From Alphaproteobacteria bacterium (lineage in GTDB: Bacteria > Pseudomonadota > Alphaproteobacteria > Bin95), in contig OZ219785.1 of NCBI GenBank assembly GCA_964291285.2, positions 576,001-640,000 on the forward strand: a stretch of DNA of 64,000 nucleotides. Direction: 5' to 3'. Position numbers and translations under genes: made by a program. Shown here one piece after another: positions 50,394-60,160 of the stretch. The notes under the pieces were generated by a model that saw only the letters and a program-made list of their open reading frames with translations, made no database searches and had not been told where the DNA came from. The stretch's first letter is position 1. Every line of letters starts with the position of its first letter.

Positions 50394-53300
50394 ATGTTCG
50401 AAGACAATCCCGGCAACGCGCCGCAGACCGGGGCAACGCCATGCCCGGCATCGTTTCCGAACGCGGCAGGCACGAGTTCGCGCGTTTCGGGAGCGCCGGG
50501 CCGTTCCTGCGCCCTGCCGGACGCAAGGGCCGTGGGCCGGGGCCTGCTGCGCCGCGCGGCGGCCGCCCTGCTGCTCGCCCTGCCCGTGCTCGCCGCGCTC
50601 GCGCCGGCGGCCGAGGCCCGGCCAGGACAGCCCGGCGGCTTCTCGGCGACGGTGATAGACGGGCGCAATGCCATCGATTTCTCATGGACCACGCCCACGA
50701 ACACGGGCGGCACTGCGTTGATCCGCTACGAGATCCAGTGGCGGGAGGACGCGACGGGCAACTGGGTCCAGTTCCCGGAGACCGGGAGCAAGGATATTAA
50801 CAACCCCGCGGCCACCAGCGCCACGCTCACCGACGCCGACGGCCTGCAACCCAATACCGACTACGACTTCCGCATCCGGGTCTTCAACAGCGACAGTACA
50901 CCCAACAGCTACTTTACTGCCGATGTCGAGGAGAGGACCGGAGGCATGGCGTTGACCGCGCCCGGGGTGCCAGTCTTGCGGGCTGCGGGGGGCCACGAAC
51001 TGGTGAACGGCATGTCCGCCGGGATCGAGTTCCGCTGGGGCGCCCCCGTCGACGACGGCGGCCGCGAGGTTACCGGCTACGACTGGCGGTGGCGGAAGCA
51101 GGGCGAGGCCAGCTACAGGGCGCCCATCCGCGTCGGCCCGGGCGCGTCTTACGTGCGCGTCCCGGAGGCCACCGGCGACACCGCCTATCTCTTCCAGGTG
51201 CGGGCGGTGAATGCGTTGGGCGCCGGTTCCTACGATGGTTTGACCGTGCTGGAGCGGCCGGCGGCCCCGCGAAACCTGAGGGTGGCGGTGAACGGGGCGG
51301 GCACGGAGGCGGAGCTGTCATGGACCCAGAACGCCCGCATGCACTGGAGCATCGAGCAGGCCGAAGTGACGGGCAGCGGCTGCGGAAGCTACGGGGCCCC
51401 CCCAAGGTTTCAGGGCGCGGCGTCCTACACCGCGAGCAGCCTTGCCTCCGGCCGGCACTATTGCTTCCGCGTGCAGGCCGTTACCGACTTCCGCCGCAGC
51501 CTGCCCGCCATCGTGCGGACCGACGGGGTCGTGGAACGGCAGCCGGACCCGCCGGCCCCGCCACCCAGCCCGAACCCGCCGCCCAATCCGAACCCGCCGC
51601 CCGATCCGGAGCCGGCGGAGCGGCCGGCGCGGGTGACGGGCGTGACGGTGACGCCGGGCGTCGGCGCGCTGGCGGTGCGCTGGAACGCGGCGGCCGGGGC
51701 GGCCCGCTACCGGGTGCAGTGGAAGTTGGCGTCGCAGTCGAACTACGACGCAAGCCCGCAAGCGGAGACGGCCGGCACGAGCCATACCATCCCCGGCCTG
51801 ATGGCGGGCACCGACTACACGGTGCGGGTGACCGCGACCAACAGCGCCGGGGACGGACCGGCCTCGGCCGACGCCGGCCCGGCGTCGCCGACGGCGGCGC
51901 TGCGGGTCGCGCGGACGGACCCGGCGCGGCTGACGGAGGACAATGTTCACGGCGCGACCGTGACCGTGCGGCTGCTGGGCGCGGCGTGGGAAACCTCGAT
52001 CCCGGCCCGCAGCGTAACGGTAACCGGCCTGCCGGACGGCATGACGGCCAGCGAGCAGCCAGAACGCGTGTCCGACAGCGAGGCGCGGATCACGCTCTCC
52101 TACACGCCGCCCGAGGGGGTGGACGGGCTGGACGGCGACGCGCGGCTGACGGTGACCGCCGCCGCCGCCTCGCATAGCTGGACCGAAGACCTGACGGCGC
52201 GTGTGACGGTCCATGCCCGGCGCGCCCCGGCGGCGCTGGCGGCGGTGCGCTGGCTCTCCCGCTTCGGGCGCACGGTGGCGGACCATGTGATGGCGGCGGT
52301 GGGCGCGCGCCTCTCGGAGCCGGCGGGGCAGGGCGACCGGCTGCGGCTGGCGGGGCATCGGGTGAGCGCCCCTGCCGCCTTGCTTACCCCCCCTCCCGCC
52401 GGGCGGGAGGGGTCGGGGGAGGGCCTCCCGGCGCGACGGACGCCTGACGGGGCTTCGCCCGCCGGCCTGGCGGCCGGCCCCCTCACCCGTCCTCTCCCCG
52501 CAAGCGGGGAGAGGGGAATTGCGGCGGCGCAGACGCTGGCGGCCCGCGACCTGCTGGCGGGGACCTCCTTCCGCGTCTCGGCGGTCGGGGGCGAGGGCAT
52601 GGCGGACATGGGCTGGACGGCCTGGGGGCGGGTGGACCTGTCGGGCTTCGACGGGGACGAAGGCGGCCTCTCGCTCGACGGCGACACGATGACCGCCACG
52701 GTCGGCGCCGACATGCGGCGCGGGCGGCTGCTGGCCGGCGTGGCGGCCGCGCACAGTTCCGGCAGCGGCGAGTACCGGGACGTTGGCGGAACAGCGGGCG
52801 ACCTCGACGCCTCGCTCGCCTCGGTGCATCCCTATGTGCGCATCGAGGCGGCGGGCGGCCTCTCGCTCTGGGGCGTGCTCGGCTGGGGCGGGGGCGACAT
52901 GACGCTCGACCGGCGCGACGGCGACAGGGAGAAGGCCGACCTCGAAATGACGATGGCGGGCGCGGGCGCGCGGGGCCCGTTGCCGTCGCCCTCGGACGGC
53001 ATGGCGCTGGCGTTGCGCGCGGAGGCGTTCGCGTCCCGGATCGAGGCCGACGGCGGCGGCGATGCGCTGAAGGGCGCGGAGGCCGAGGCGTGGCGGATGC
53101 GCCTTGCGCTGGAAGCCTCCTGGGACGAGACGGAGGCGGGTTTGCGCCCGTCGGCGGAACTCGGCCTGCGCCATGACGGCGGCGACGGGGAGACCGGGAC
53201 CGGGGCGGAACTGGGCGGCGGCGTCGCCTGGGCCGGCCCGGACGGCGTGTCGGCCTCGCTGCGTGCCCGCGCGCTGCTGGACGGCGACGGGGTCTCCGAA

Positions 53301-53684
53301 TGGGGCGGCGGGGCGATGCTGGCCTATGCGCCGGGCGCGGACGGGCGCGGGCTGCGGCTGTCGCTCGCGCCGACTGTGGGCGCGCCGGAGGGCGGCGCCG
53401 AGCGGCTGTGGCGCGCGGACGCGGCGGCGCTGGCGGGCGATGAACGAGACGCCGCGCCGCGCCTCGACGCCGAGGCGGGCTGGGGCCTGGCGGCGCTGGG
53501 CGGGCGGGGCCTGCTGACGCCATACGCCGGCCTTGCCCTCTCGGACGCCGACGACCGCCGCTACCGGCTCGGCGCGCGGCTCACGCTGGCCCCCGGCGCG
53601 GATGCCGGCCTCGCCGCCGAACGCTCCGAAACCGCCTCCGGCCCCGAACACGCGCTCACCCTCGACGCCCGCCTGCGCTGGTAG
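50394..53684 (+). CDS. FN3-repeat autotransporter-like surface protein
   Basis: Extended signal peptide, about 4 FN3 domains, PNPP linker, WLSRFGRTVA helix and a barrel ending ...DARLRW. Confidence 0.88.
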   Translation: MFEDNPGNAPQTGATPCPASFPNAAGTSSRVSGAPGRSCALPDARAVGRGLLRRAAAALLLALPVLAALAPAAEARPGQPGGFSATVIDGRNAIDFSWTTPTNTGGTALIRYEIQWREDATGNWVQFPETGSKDINNPAATSATLTDADGLQPNTDYDFRIRVFNSDSTPNSYFTADVEERTGGMALTAPGVPVLRAAGGHELVNGMSAGIEFRWGAPVDDGGREVTGYDWRWRKQGEASYRAPIRVGPGASYVRVPEATGDTAYLFQVRAVNALGAGSYDGLTVLERPAAPRNLRVAVNGAGTEAELSWTQNARMHWSIEQAEVTGSGCGSYGAPPRFQGAASYTASSLASGRHYCFRVQAVTDFRRSLPAIVRTDGVVERQPDPPAPPPSPNPPPNPNPPPDPEPAERPARVTGVTVTPGVGALAVRWNAAAGAARYRVQWKLASQSNYDASPQAETAGTSHTIPGLMAGTDYTVRVTATNSAGDGPASADAGPASPTAALRVARTDPARLTEDNVHGATVTVRLLGAAWETSIPARSVTVTGLPDGMTASEQPERVSDSEARITLSYTPPEGVDGLDGDARLTVTAAAASHSWTEDLTARVTVHARRAPAALAAVRWLSRFGRTVADHVMAAVGARLSEPAGQGDRLRLAGHRVSAPAALLTPPPAGREGSGEGLPARRTPDGASPAGLAAGPLTRPLPASGERGIAAAQTLAARDLLAGTSFRVSAVGGEGMADMGWTAWGRVDLSGFDGDEGGLSLDGDTMTATVGADMRRGRLLAGVAAAHSSGSGEYRDVGGTAGDLDASLASVHPYVRIEAAGGLSLWGVLGWGGGDMTLDRRDGDREKADLEMTMAGAGARGPLPSPSDGMALALRAEAFASRIEADGGGDALKGAEAEAWRMRLALEASWDETEAGLRPSAELGLRHDGGDGETGTGAELGGGVAWAGPDGVSASLRARALLDGDGVSEWGGGAMLAYAPGADGRGLRLSLAPTVGAPEGGAERLWRADAAALAGDERDAAPRLDAEAGWGLAALGGRGLLTPYAGLALSDADDRRYRLGARLTLAPGADAGLAAERSETASGPEHALTLDARLRW
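52387..52516. repeat. REP/RPE-like palindromic element inside the autotransporter CDS
   Basis: cccctcccgcc/ggcgggagggg and cctctccccgc/gcggggagagg hairpins with the typical gggggaggg...cccctcaccc spacer. Confidence 0.75.
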
Positions 53685-53711
53685 GAGCAGCCTCCATCCG
53701 GCGGGCCATGT

Positions 53712-53869
53712 CGTCATCCCGGCCCCCGCCTGTCCTCGCGCACTGGCGGGGAGGCCGGGGTCCAGCCATCGGCCCTCGCGGCAGCTTCGGCGGTGGATCC
53801 CGTTCTCCACCGGCCGCGGCGGCATCGGGAGTCATGGATGGACCCCGGCTCGCGGGGGCCGGGGTGACG
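53712..53869. repeat. REP-like palindrome (CGTCATCCCGG type) between convergent genes
   Basis: cgtcatcccggcccccgc / gcgggggccggggtgacg. Confidence 0.75.
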
Positions 53870-53919
53870 AAAAGGGGGATCGGGGCGGCGAAAGGAGCGC
53901 AGCGGGTGCCGCCGCTGCC

Positions 53920-54804
53920 TCAGCCGCCTTCGCGGTGCCAGGCCTCGCGGTCGAAGGCCACATGGTCGCCGAAGAAATGGACCGCGCGGTCGAGGCCGCG
54001 AAGGTCGGCTGCCGCATAGCTCCGGCTCGGGCCGTCGAGCGCCTCTGCGCCGGCGCGCGCGGCCACCCAGGCGTCGGCCGGTTGCAGGGTGCTCTGCCGC
54101 TGCACCACGTCCCAGATATAGTAGTGGTGCGGGATGACGACCCGGGGCCGGAGCGTGTCGATGATGTGCTCCACCATGGCGAAGCCCATGACATGCTGCG
54201 AGCCGTCCACCGGCAGGAGCGCGATGTCGATGCGCCCGAGCGCCTCCCAGACCTCGGGCGGCGGGTTGTGGCGGTTGTCGCCCCAGTGGAGGATGCGCAG
54301 CCCCCCGGTCTCGACCGTGATCAGGCAGTTGTCCCAGGAGCGGGGGTTGTCCGGCGGCTCGATGTTCGCGCCGCCGAAGGCCGCGTGGATCTTCTTGAAG
54401 TCGTAGAGCGCGGCGCTCGAGTCCGTCGCATGCTTGTCGGCAATGCCGCGAATGGCGACATCGGCGAACTCGTAACGGCCGATGGGCCGGTCGAGCAGCA
54501 CATGCGCATCCAGCCGGTGCAGCGCGTCATGGTCGAAATGCGCGTGCGTGGAGGCGCCGATATCCACCGCCGTCAGCGGGAAGTCGCGGAAATACCAGTC
54601 CCAGCGCCGCGAGGGGTGGTTGCGCCAGGGATCGACCATGACGGTGACCCCCTTCGGCGAGGTGATCCGGAAGGCCGAGCTGCCGAAATAGGCGATCTCG
54701 ACCGGCCCGTCGCGCGCCGGCGAGCGGTCGGCCTGCAGCTCGATCATCCGGTTGTGGTTGCTCGTCATCCGCCAGGCCGTCAGGCCCGTGTCGAGTCCGG
54801 TCAT
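53920..54804 (-). CDS. MBL-fold metallo-hydrolase
   Basis: VMVDPW, THAHFDH, ILHWGD, VIPHHY. Confidence 0.85.
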   Translation of the reverse strand: MTGLDTGLTAWRMTSNHNRMIELQADRSPARDGPVEIAYFGSSAFRITSPKGVTVMVDPWRNHPSRRWDWYFRDFPLTAVDIGASTHAHFDHDALHRLDAHVLLDRPIGRYEFADVAIRGIADKHATDSSAALYDFKKIHAAFGGANIEPPDNPRSWDNCLITVETGGLRILHWGDNRHNPPPEVWEALGRIDIALLPVDGSQHVMGFAMVEHIIDTLRPRVVIPHHYYIWDVVQRQSTLQPADAWVAARAGAEALDGPSRSYAAADLRGLDRAVHFFGDHVAFDREAWHREGG

Positions 54805-54821
54805 CGTCTGTCCCTCTCCCC

Positions 54822-55847
54822 TCAGGCGTTGCCGCGGTCCTCGCGCCAGAGGCCGAGCTTTTCCTGCACGACGCGGTCCGAGAAGCTGAACAGCACGGCG
54901 TCCCCGGCCGCGCTGTGCCGGACCGCATGCCAGCTCGGCACCACGAAAATGTCGCGCGGCCCCCACGAAAAGACCGTCTCACCGCCGATGCGCGTTTCGC
55001 CGCTGCCCTCGACGACCGCGAACACCGCCGCGTCCGTCGCGCGGTAGCTTGCCGTCCCGAAGCCGGCCGGCAGCAGTTGCAGGTGCGCGGCTATCGTGGG
55101 CATGGCGTGGCCGCCGTCCACCGGGTTGGCGTAGCGCAGCTTGAGGCCGTGGCAGGGGTCCCAGGCCTCGCGCCGGCGCATCGCCTCCAGCGCTTCGCGC
55201 GAGCGGGCATAGGGGTAGTTGAACACCGGCGAGGCCAGCGCGCCCGGTTCGTGGTCCACCGGCAGCAGCCCCTGGCCGTAGCGGGCGAGGCTGTCGCCCT
55301 CCGGCCGCGAGAGCGGCTGGCGGTTCTCGCCGAGCCGTTCGGCGAAGGAGGCGTCCAGCATCTGCACCATCGGGATGTCGAGCCCGTCGAGCCAGATCAT
55401 CGGCCGGTCGGAGTCGTTGCCGTGGTCGTGCCAGGTCCAGTGGGGCGTGATGACGAAATCGCCCTCCGCCATGGTGGTGCGCTCGCCTTCCACCGCGGTG
55501 TAGGCGCCTTTGCCCTCGACGACGAAGCGCAGCGCCGACTGGCTGTGGCGGTGCGCGGGCGCGACCTCGCCGGGCAGCACCAATTGCAGGCCGGCATAGA
55601 GCGAGGTGGTGATGCGCGAGGAGCCGCGGAGGCCGGGGTTCTCCAGCACCAGCACGCGGCGCTCGGCCTCCTCGGCGGTGATGACGGCGCCCGACTCCAT
55701 GACGGGGCCGCGCACCTCGTCCCAGCGCCAGTGAGCGGGGCGGCAGGCGCTGGCGGGCTCGGGCGTGATCAGGCGGCCCATGACCTCCCAGAGCGGCGCC
55801 AGGTTCCGCGCCCCGATCTCCTCGTAGAACGCCGCCCTGTCCGTCAT
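54822..55847 (-). CDS. gtdA: Gentisate 1,2-dioxygenase
   Basis: [50 protein letters not shown]. Confidence 0.92.
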   Translation of the reverse strand: MTDRAAFYEEIGARNLAPLWEVMGRLITPEPASACRPAHWRWDEVRGPVMESGAVITAEEAERRVLVLENPGLRGSSRITTSLYAGLQLVLPGEVAPAHRHSQSALRFVVEGKGAYTAVEGERTTMAEGDFVITPHWTWHDHGNDSDRPMIWLDGLDIPMVQMLDASFAERLGENRQPLSRPEGDSLARYGQGLLPVDHEPGALASPVFNYPYARSREALEAMRRREAWDPCHGLKLRYANPVDGGHAMPTIAAHLQLLPAGFGTASYRATDAAVFAVVEGSGETRIGGETVFSWGPRDIFVVPSWHAVRHSAAGDAVLFSFSDRVVQEKLGLWREDRGNA

Positions 55848-56015
55848 CGCCGCCTCCGCCCCGATTGCCGTGGCACCTTAGCCCGTCCGGCCCCGAATCC
55901 GAAGGACAGAGCGGGGAGGTTGCGGCATGCGAATCGGATATAATGCGCCCGCTTTTGCATTTCCGGCGGAACGACGGCGGCAGGGTCCGCAAGGGCTTTC
56001 GCGTTGGGAGGAATC

Positions 56016-57437
56016 ATGAAGCGTGCAAAGGAAAGAACCGGTTTTCGCCCGCAACGAAAACTGTCCGCCGCTCCGCCTGTCTCCCTGTCCCGGGTCGCGG
56101 CGGTCTTTGCCGTCCTGGGGGCATCCTTCGCCCTGCTCTGGCCCGATGCCGCGGAGGCGGCCGTCGAGGGGGAGACGAAATTCGTCCTCGACAGCTTCGC
56201 CTTCCTCGTCTGGGGCGCGCTCGTCATGTGGATGTGCGCCGGCTTCACCATGCTCGAATCCGGCTCGGTGCGCACCAAGAACGCCTCGGTCATCTGCCTG
56301 AAGAATATCGGCCTCTACTCGATCGCCGGCCTCGCCTTCTACTTCCTCGGCTACAACCTCATGTATGTGGGCGTGGACGAGGGCGGCTGGATCGGGACCT
56401 TCACCTTCCTCTACGGCACGAGCCCGGACGAGATCGCCCTGCTCGGCGGCGATGCGTCGAAGGCCGAGGCCGTCGTCGGCAACGGCTACGCCGTCATGTC
56501 CGACTGGTTCTTCCAGATGGTCTTCGTGGCGACCACCGCCTCCATCGTCTCCGGCACCCTGGCCGAGCGGGTCAAGCTCACCTCCTTCTTCGTCTTCATC
56601 GCCATCCTGACGGCCGTCGTCTATCCGATCGTCGGCGCCTGGACCTGGGGCGGCGGCTGGCTCGCCGCGATGGGCTTCCAGGATTTCGCCGGCTCCACCA
56701 TCGTCCACTCGACCGGCGGCTGGGCGGCGCTCGCGGGCGCGGTGATCGTCGGGCCCCGGAAGCACAAGTTCCGCGCCGACGGCAGCCCGAGGGCGACGCC
56801 GCCCTCGAACGTCCCGGCCGTGACGCTCGGCGTCTTCATCCTCTGGCTCGGCTGGTTCGGCTTCAACGGCGGCTCGCAGCTGGCGCTCGGCGGTGCGGCG
56901 GACGTGGTCGCGCTCGCCAACATCCTCGCCAACACCAATCTCGCCGCCGCCGCCGGCGTGCTGGCGGCGCTCGCGCTCGCGCGGCCGCTGTTCGGGCGCA
57001 TCGACCTGCTGGCGGGCCTGAACGGCGCCATCGGCGGCCTCGTGGCGATCACCGCCGGACCGGACATCGTCGAACATTACTGGGCCGTCGTGATCGGCCT
57101 GGTCGGCGGCGCGGTCACCACGGCGGGCCTGAAATTCCTCGAGGTCCTCAGGATCGACGACGTGGTCGGCGCGGTCCCGGCGCATCTCTTCGCCGGCGTC
57201 TGGGGCACGATGGCGGTCTGCATCGCGGCGGGCGGCGACGTGCTGGTCCAGCTTACCGGCGTGCTCGCCGTCGGCGCCTTCGTCTTCGGCGCCTCACTGC
57301 TCATCTGGCTCGGCCTCAAATACACGATGGGCGCGCGCGTGTCCGAGACGGTCGAGGAGCTCGGCCAGGACGCCGCCGAGCTCGGCATCGAGGCCTATCC
57401 GGAGTTCGTGCTGATGCCGGAGGTGGACGACGACTGA
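56016..57437 (+). CDS. amtB: Ammonium transporter
   Basis: FFQMVF, SG.LAER, DFAGSTIVH, LWLGWFGFNGGS, IDD..GA..AH. Confidence 0.94.
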   Translation: MKRAKERTGFRPQRKLSAAPPVSLSRVAAVFAVLGASFALLWPDAAEAAVEGETKFVLDSFAFLVWGALVMWMCAGFTMLESGSVRTKNASVICLKNIGLYSIAGLAFYFLGYNLMYVGVDEGGWIGTFTFLYGTSPDEIALLGGDASKAEAVVGNGYAVMSDWFFQMVFVATTASIVSGTLAERVKLTSFFVFIAILTAVVYPIVGAWTWGGGWLAAMGFQDFAGSTIVHSTGGWAALAGAVIVGPRKHKFRADGSPRATPPSNVPAVTLGVFILWLGWFGFNGGSQLALGGAADVVALANILANTNLAAAAGVLAALALARPLFGRIDLLAGLNGAIGGLVAITAGPDIVEHYWAVVIGLVGGAVTTAGLKFLEVLRIDDVVGAVPAHLFAGVWGTMAVCIAAGGDVLVQLTGVLAVGAFVFGASLLIWLGLKYTMGARVSETVEELGQDAAELGIEAYPEFVLMPEVDDD

Positions 57438-57455
57438 GAGGACCGGCGCCCCCCG

Positions 57456-58313
57456 TCAGGCCATGCCGGCTTCGACGCGGGGGTCGGCGCCGGCGCGGTC
57501 CTCGGCCGCATCGGCAAGCGCCGGGTCGGGGTCGCGCGGAAGCTGGATCATCACGCGCAGGATCTGGTCGCCGCGCGGGCCGCCGGCCGGATCGGGCACG
57601 CCCTTGCCCTTCAGCCTCAGCCGCGCGCCGGAACTCGTCATCGGCGCGATCCGCACCGTCACCGGGCCGTCCAAGGTCGGCGCGCGCACCCTGCCGCCCC
57701 GGACGGCCTCGGCGAGCGAGACCGGCAGATCGACCAGGATCGTGCGGCCTTCGCGCTGGAACCAGGGATGCGGCTCGACCGAAATCTCGACCTCCGCATC
57801 GCCGGGCGGCCCGCCGGAGGGGCCCGGCTCGCCGCGCCCGGCAAGCCTGAGCCGCGCGCCGTCCTCCGTCGCAGGCGGCACCTTGAGCGCGATGCTCTGC
57901 CCGGATTTCAGGGTAAGCCGCACCGTGCCGCCCTTCGCCGCGTCGATGAAGGGCACCGGCACCCGGTAGCGCATATCGGCTCCGCGCCTCGGGCGGTTGC
58001 GGAAGCCGGAGAAGATGTCGCCGAACAGGTCTCCCGGATCGAAGCCGCCCTGTCCGCCGAAATTGCCGAACCCGCCGAAGGGCGCGCGCTCGCGGCCCTC
58101 GGCGTCGATCTCGCCGCGGTCGAAGCGGGCGCGCTTGTCCGGGTCGCCCAGCAGGTCCCATGCGGCTGCGGCGTCCTTGAAGCGCGCCTCGGCCTTCGCA
58201 TTGCCCGGATTGCGGTCCGGGTGGTTCTCCTTGACGATACGCCGGTATGCCCGCTTCAGCGTCCCGGCGTCAGCGTCGCGCGGGCAACCGAGAGCCGCAT
58301 AGGGGTCGCGCAT
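57456..58313 (-). CDS. DnaJ class II (CbpA-like) co-chaperone
   Basis: J domain with HPD, G/F-rich linker and DnaJ C-terminal domain; no Zn fingers. Confidence 0.9.
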   Translation of the reverse strand: MRDPYAALGCPRDADAGTLKRAYRRIVKENHPDRNPGNAKAEARFKDAAAAWDLLGDPDKRARFDRGEIDAEGRERAPFGGFGNFGGQGGFDPGDLFGDIFSGFRNRPRRGADMRYRVPVPFIDAAKGGTVRLTLKSGQSIALKVPPATEDGARLRLAGRGEPGPSGGPPGDAEVEISVEPHPWFQREGRTILVDLPVSLAEAVRGGRVRAPTLDGPVTVRIAPMTSSGARLRLKGKGVPDPAGGPRGDQILRVMIQLPRDPDPALADAAEDRAGADPRVEAGMA

Positions 58314-58789
58314 CAGGCCGCGGGCTGGACGATCTTCCAGCTGCCGTCCGGCTGGCGGCAGGCCGTGCCGTAGGCGGTCTGCTCCTCGCCGCCGACGATG
58401 ATGCCGGTCTGGAACTCGCGGCAGTAGCGGCCCGAATCCTCCTGCCAGGTGCGCGTCGGCACGACCCAGCCGGAATTGCCGCTGTCGGGATTTTTCCATT
58501 CCGTCCGGTCGCCGGTGCGCCCGCGTTCCAGCGCGCCCTGCGTCGTCCGCTCGGCCCTGGCGCGATCGGCTTCGTCCAGGTCGCGGCCGATCTGGCTGCC
58601 GAGCAGGCCGCCCAACAGCGCGCCGGTGGCGATCGCCACCTTTCTTCCGCGGCCCTTGCCGACCTCGTTGCCGAGGACCGCGCCGCCGACGCCGCCGATA
58701 ATGGTGCCGAGGGTCTGCTTGGGGCCCGAGTCGGGGCCGCAGGCGGCCAGCAGGAAGACGGCTGCCGCGACGGCGAGTGCTTGTTTCAT
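58313..58789 (-). CDS. 17-kDa surface antigen-like glycine-zipper lipoprotein (RT0821/Lpp0805 family)
   Basis: LAAC lipobox, glycine zipper, W.NPDSGNSG, CREFQ, YGTACRQPDGSW. Confidence 0.9.
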   Translation of the reverse strand: MKQALAVAAAVFLLAACGPDSGPKQTLGTIIGGVGGAVLGNEVGKGRGRKVAIATGALLGGLLGSQIGRDLDEADRARAERTTQGALERGRTGDRTEWKNPDSGNSGWVVPTRTWQEDSGRYCREFQTGIIVGGEEQTAYGTACRQPDGSWKIVQPAA

Positions 58790-58902
58790 CTGAGAACCGC
58801 CCCTTTGTTCCGGCCGCAACCGCGCGCTTGCCTCGGCGGCAGCCCGGCCTATTGTGGATATCCACTCTCCAATAAGGTGCGCCGGGGGCGGTTCGTCAAG
58901 GG

Positions 58903-59505
58903 ATGCGGGAAGCGGAAGAGGGTGAAATCGGGCGCGACCCGGTGCGCGCCGTCCGGCGCTGGATCGAGGAGGCCGAGGCCTGCGAGCCGGTGGACGCCAA
59001 TGCCGCCGCGCTCGCCACGGTGGGCGCGGACGGCATGCCGTCCTGCCGGATCGTGCTGGTGAAGGCGGTCGAGCCGGAGGGGCTCGTCTTCTACACCAAC
59101 TATGAAAGCCGGAAGAGCCGCGAGCTCGCCGCCCGGCCGCTCGCGGCGCTGACCTTCCACTGGCGCGTGCTCGACCGGCAATTGCGGGTCGAGGGGCGGG
59201 TCTCGCGGGTCGAGGACGCGGTCTCCGACGCCTATTTCGCAAGCCGCGACCGGGGAAGCCGGATCGGCGCCTGGGCGTCCCGCCAGTCGGAGCCGGTCGC
59301 CGGCCGCGCGGCGCTCGAGGCGCGCGTGGCGGAGATGGAGGCGCGGTTCGGCCAGGCCGACATTCCCAGGCCGGTCTTCTGGGGCGGGTTCCGGCTCCGG
59401 CCCTCGCGCATCGAGTTCTGGCGCCGGGGCGAGCACCGCCTGCACGACCGCATTGCCTGCCGCGCCGAAGGGGAGGCGTGGACGAGGGAGAGGCTCCAGC
59501 CATAG
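58903..59505 (+). CDS. pdxH: Pyridoxamine 5'-phosphate oxidase
   Basis: FYTNYESRK, RQ.RVEG, SRIGAWASRQS, WGGFR, EFW...HRLHDR, RLQP. Confidence 0.95.
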   Translation: MREAEEGEIGRDPVRAVRRWIEEAEACEPVDANAAALATVGADGMPSCRIVLVKAVEPEGLVFYTNYESRKSRELAARPLAALTFHWRVLDRQLRVEGRVSRVEDAVSDAYFASRDRGSRIGAWASRQSEPVAGRAALEARVAEMEARFGQADIPRPVFWGGFRLRPSRIEFWRRGEHRLHDRIACRAEGEAWTRERLQP

Positions 59506-59875
59506 TTCCCGGCGCGGGCCGGATCGCTGCCGTCCGATGCTCTCCGCCCCGATATGTCGGCGAAACGACGCCCATCAAATAGAATATTTTTTCTCTCTAT
59601 GGACATGTTCCAGGCATTATGTTCTGATTATGCCCATGGTCATGCCTCCACCAGTCCCTCATGCCGCTTCGATACGCGCCTTTGGCACGGCCAATTTCCC
59701 GATCCGATCTCCTGTCCGGCGTCCTTCTTCCGACATCGTCGGCGCCCCGCCTCGCAGGTTGCCGTGTCCTCCGGGTGATCGCGCCCCGGCGCGCACCTCG
59801 TCCTGCGGCCCTTTGCCGGCGTTCCTGCCGCCCGCGACCTCCGGCGATCCTCCGCCGGACCGACAGTGATCCGCA

Positions 59876-60160
59876 ATGGAAACCCCGATTTTGTCATTTC
59901 TTTCAAAGCTCGGGCCGTTGAAGCATCAACTGCTCTTGTACTCCCTCGTCGGCTGCATTGTGCTTCTGTACGCCGCGCACCGTTCCGATGAATGGCACGG
60001 ACTCATTTTGAATATCGGCGCTATATTGGTGCTTTTGTGCGGTTCTGCCTTTTGGCTCCTCGCCTATCTGAAGCTGCCAAACAACGCGCAGGAAAAAGCG
60101 TTTCTGAGCAGCACTGCCACCATGGTCCTGCACGACAGAGCTGAACGAGCCAGTCCATGA
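59876..60160 (+). CDS. Small 2-TM hypothetical protein
   Basis: Two hydrophobic segments; ATGA overlap with the next gene. Confidence 0.55.
   Translation: METPILSFLSKLGPLKHQLLLYSLVGCIVLLYAAHRSDEWHGLILNIGAILVLLCGSAFWLLAYLKLPNNAQEKAFLSSTATMVLHDRAERASP

Noticed and set aside
59607-59624. Possible LexA box GTTC...GTTC
   Set aside because: The spacer is 10 nt, not the 7 nt of the alphaproteobacterial GTTC-N7-GTTC box.
59453-59921. Short Pro/Arg-rich ORFs downstream of pdxH
   Set aside because: No RBS or motif; their composition simply reflects the C-rich flank.
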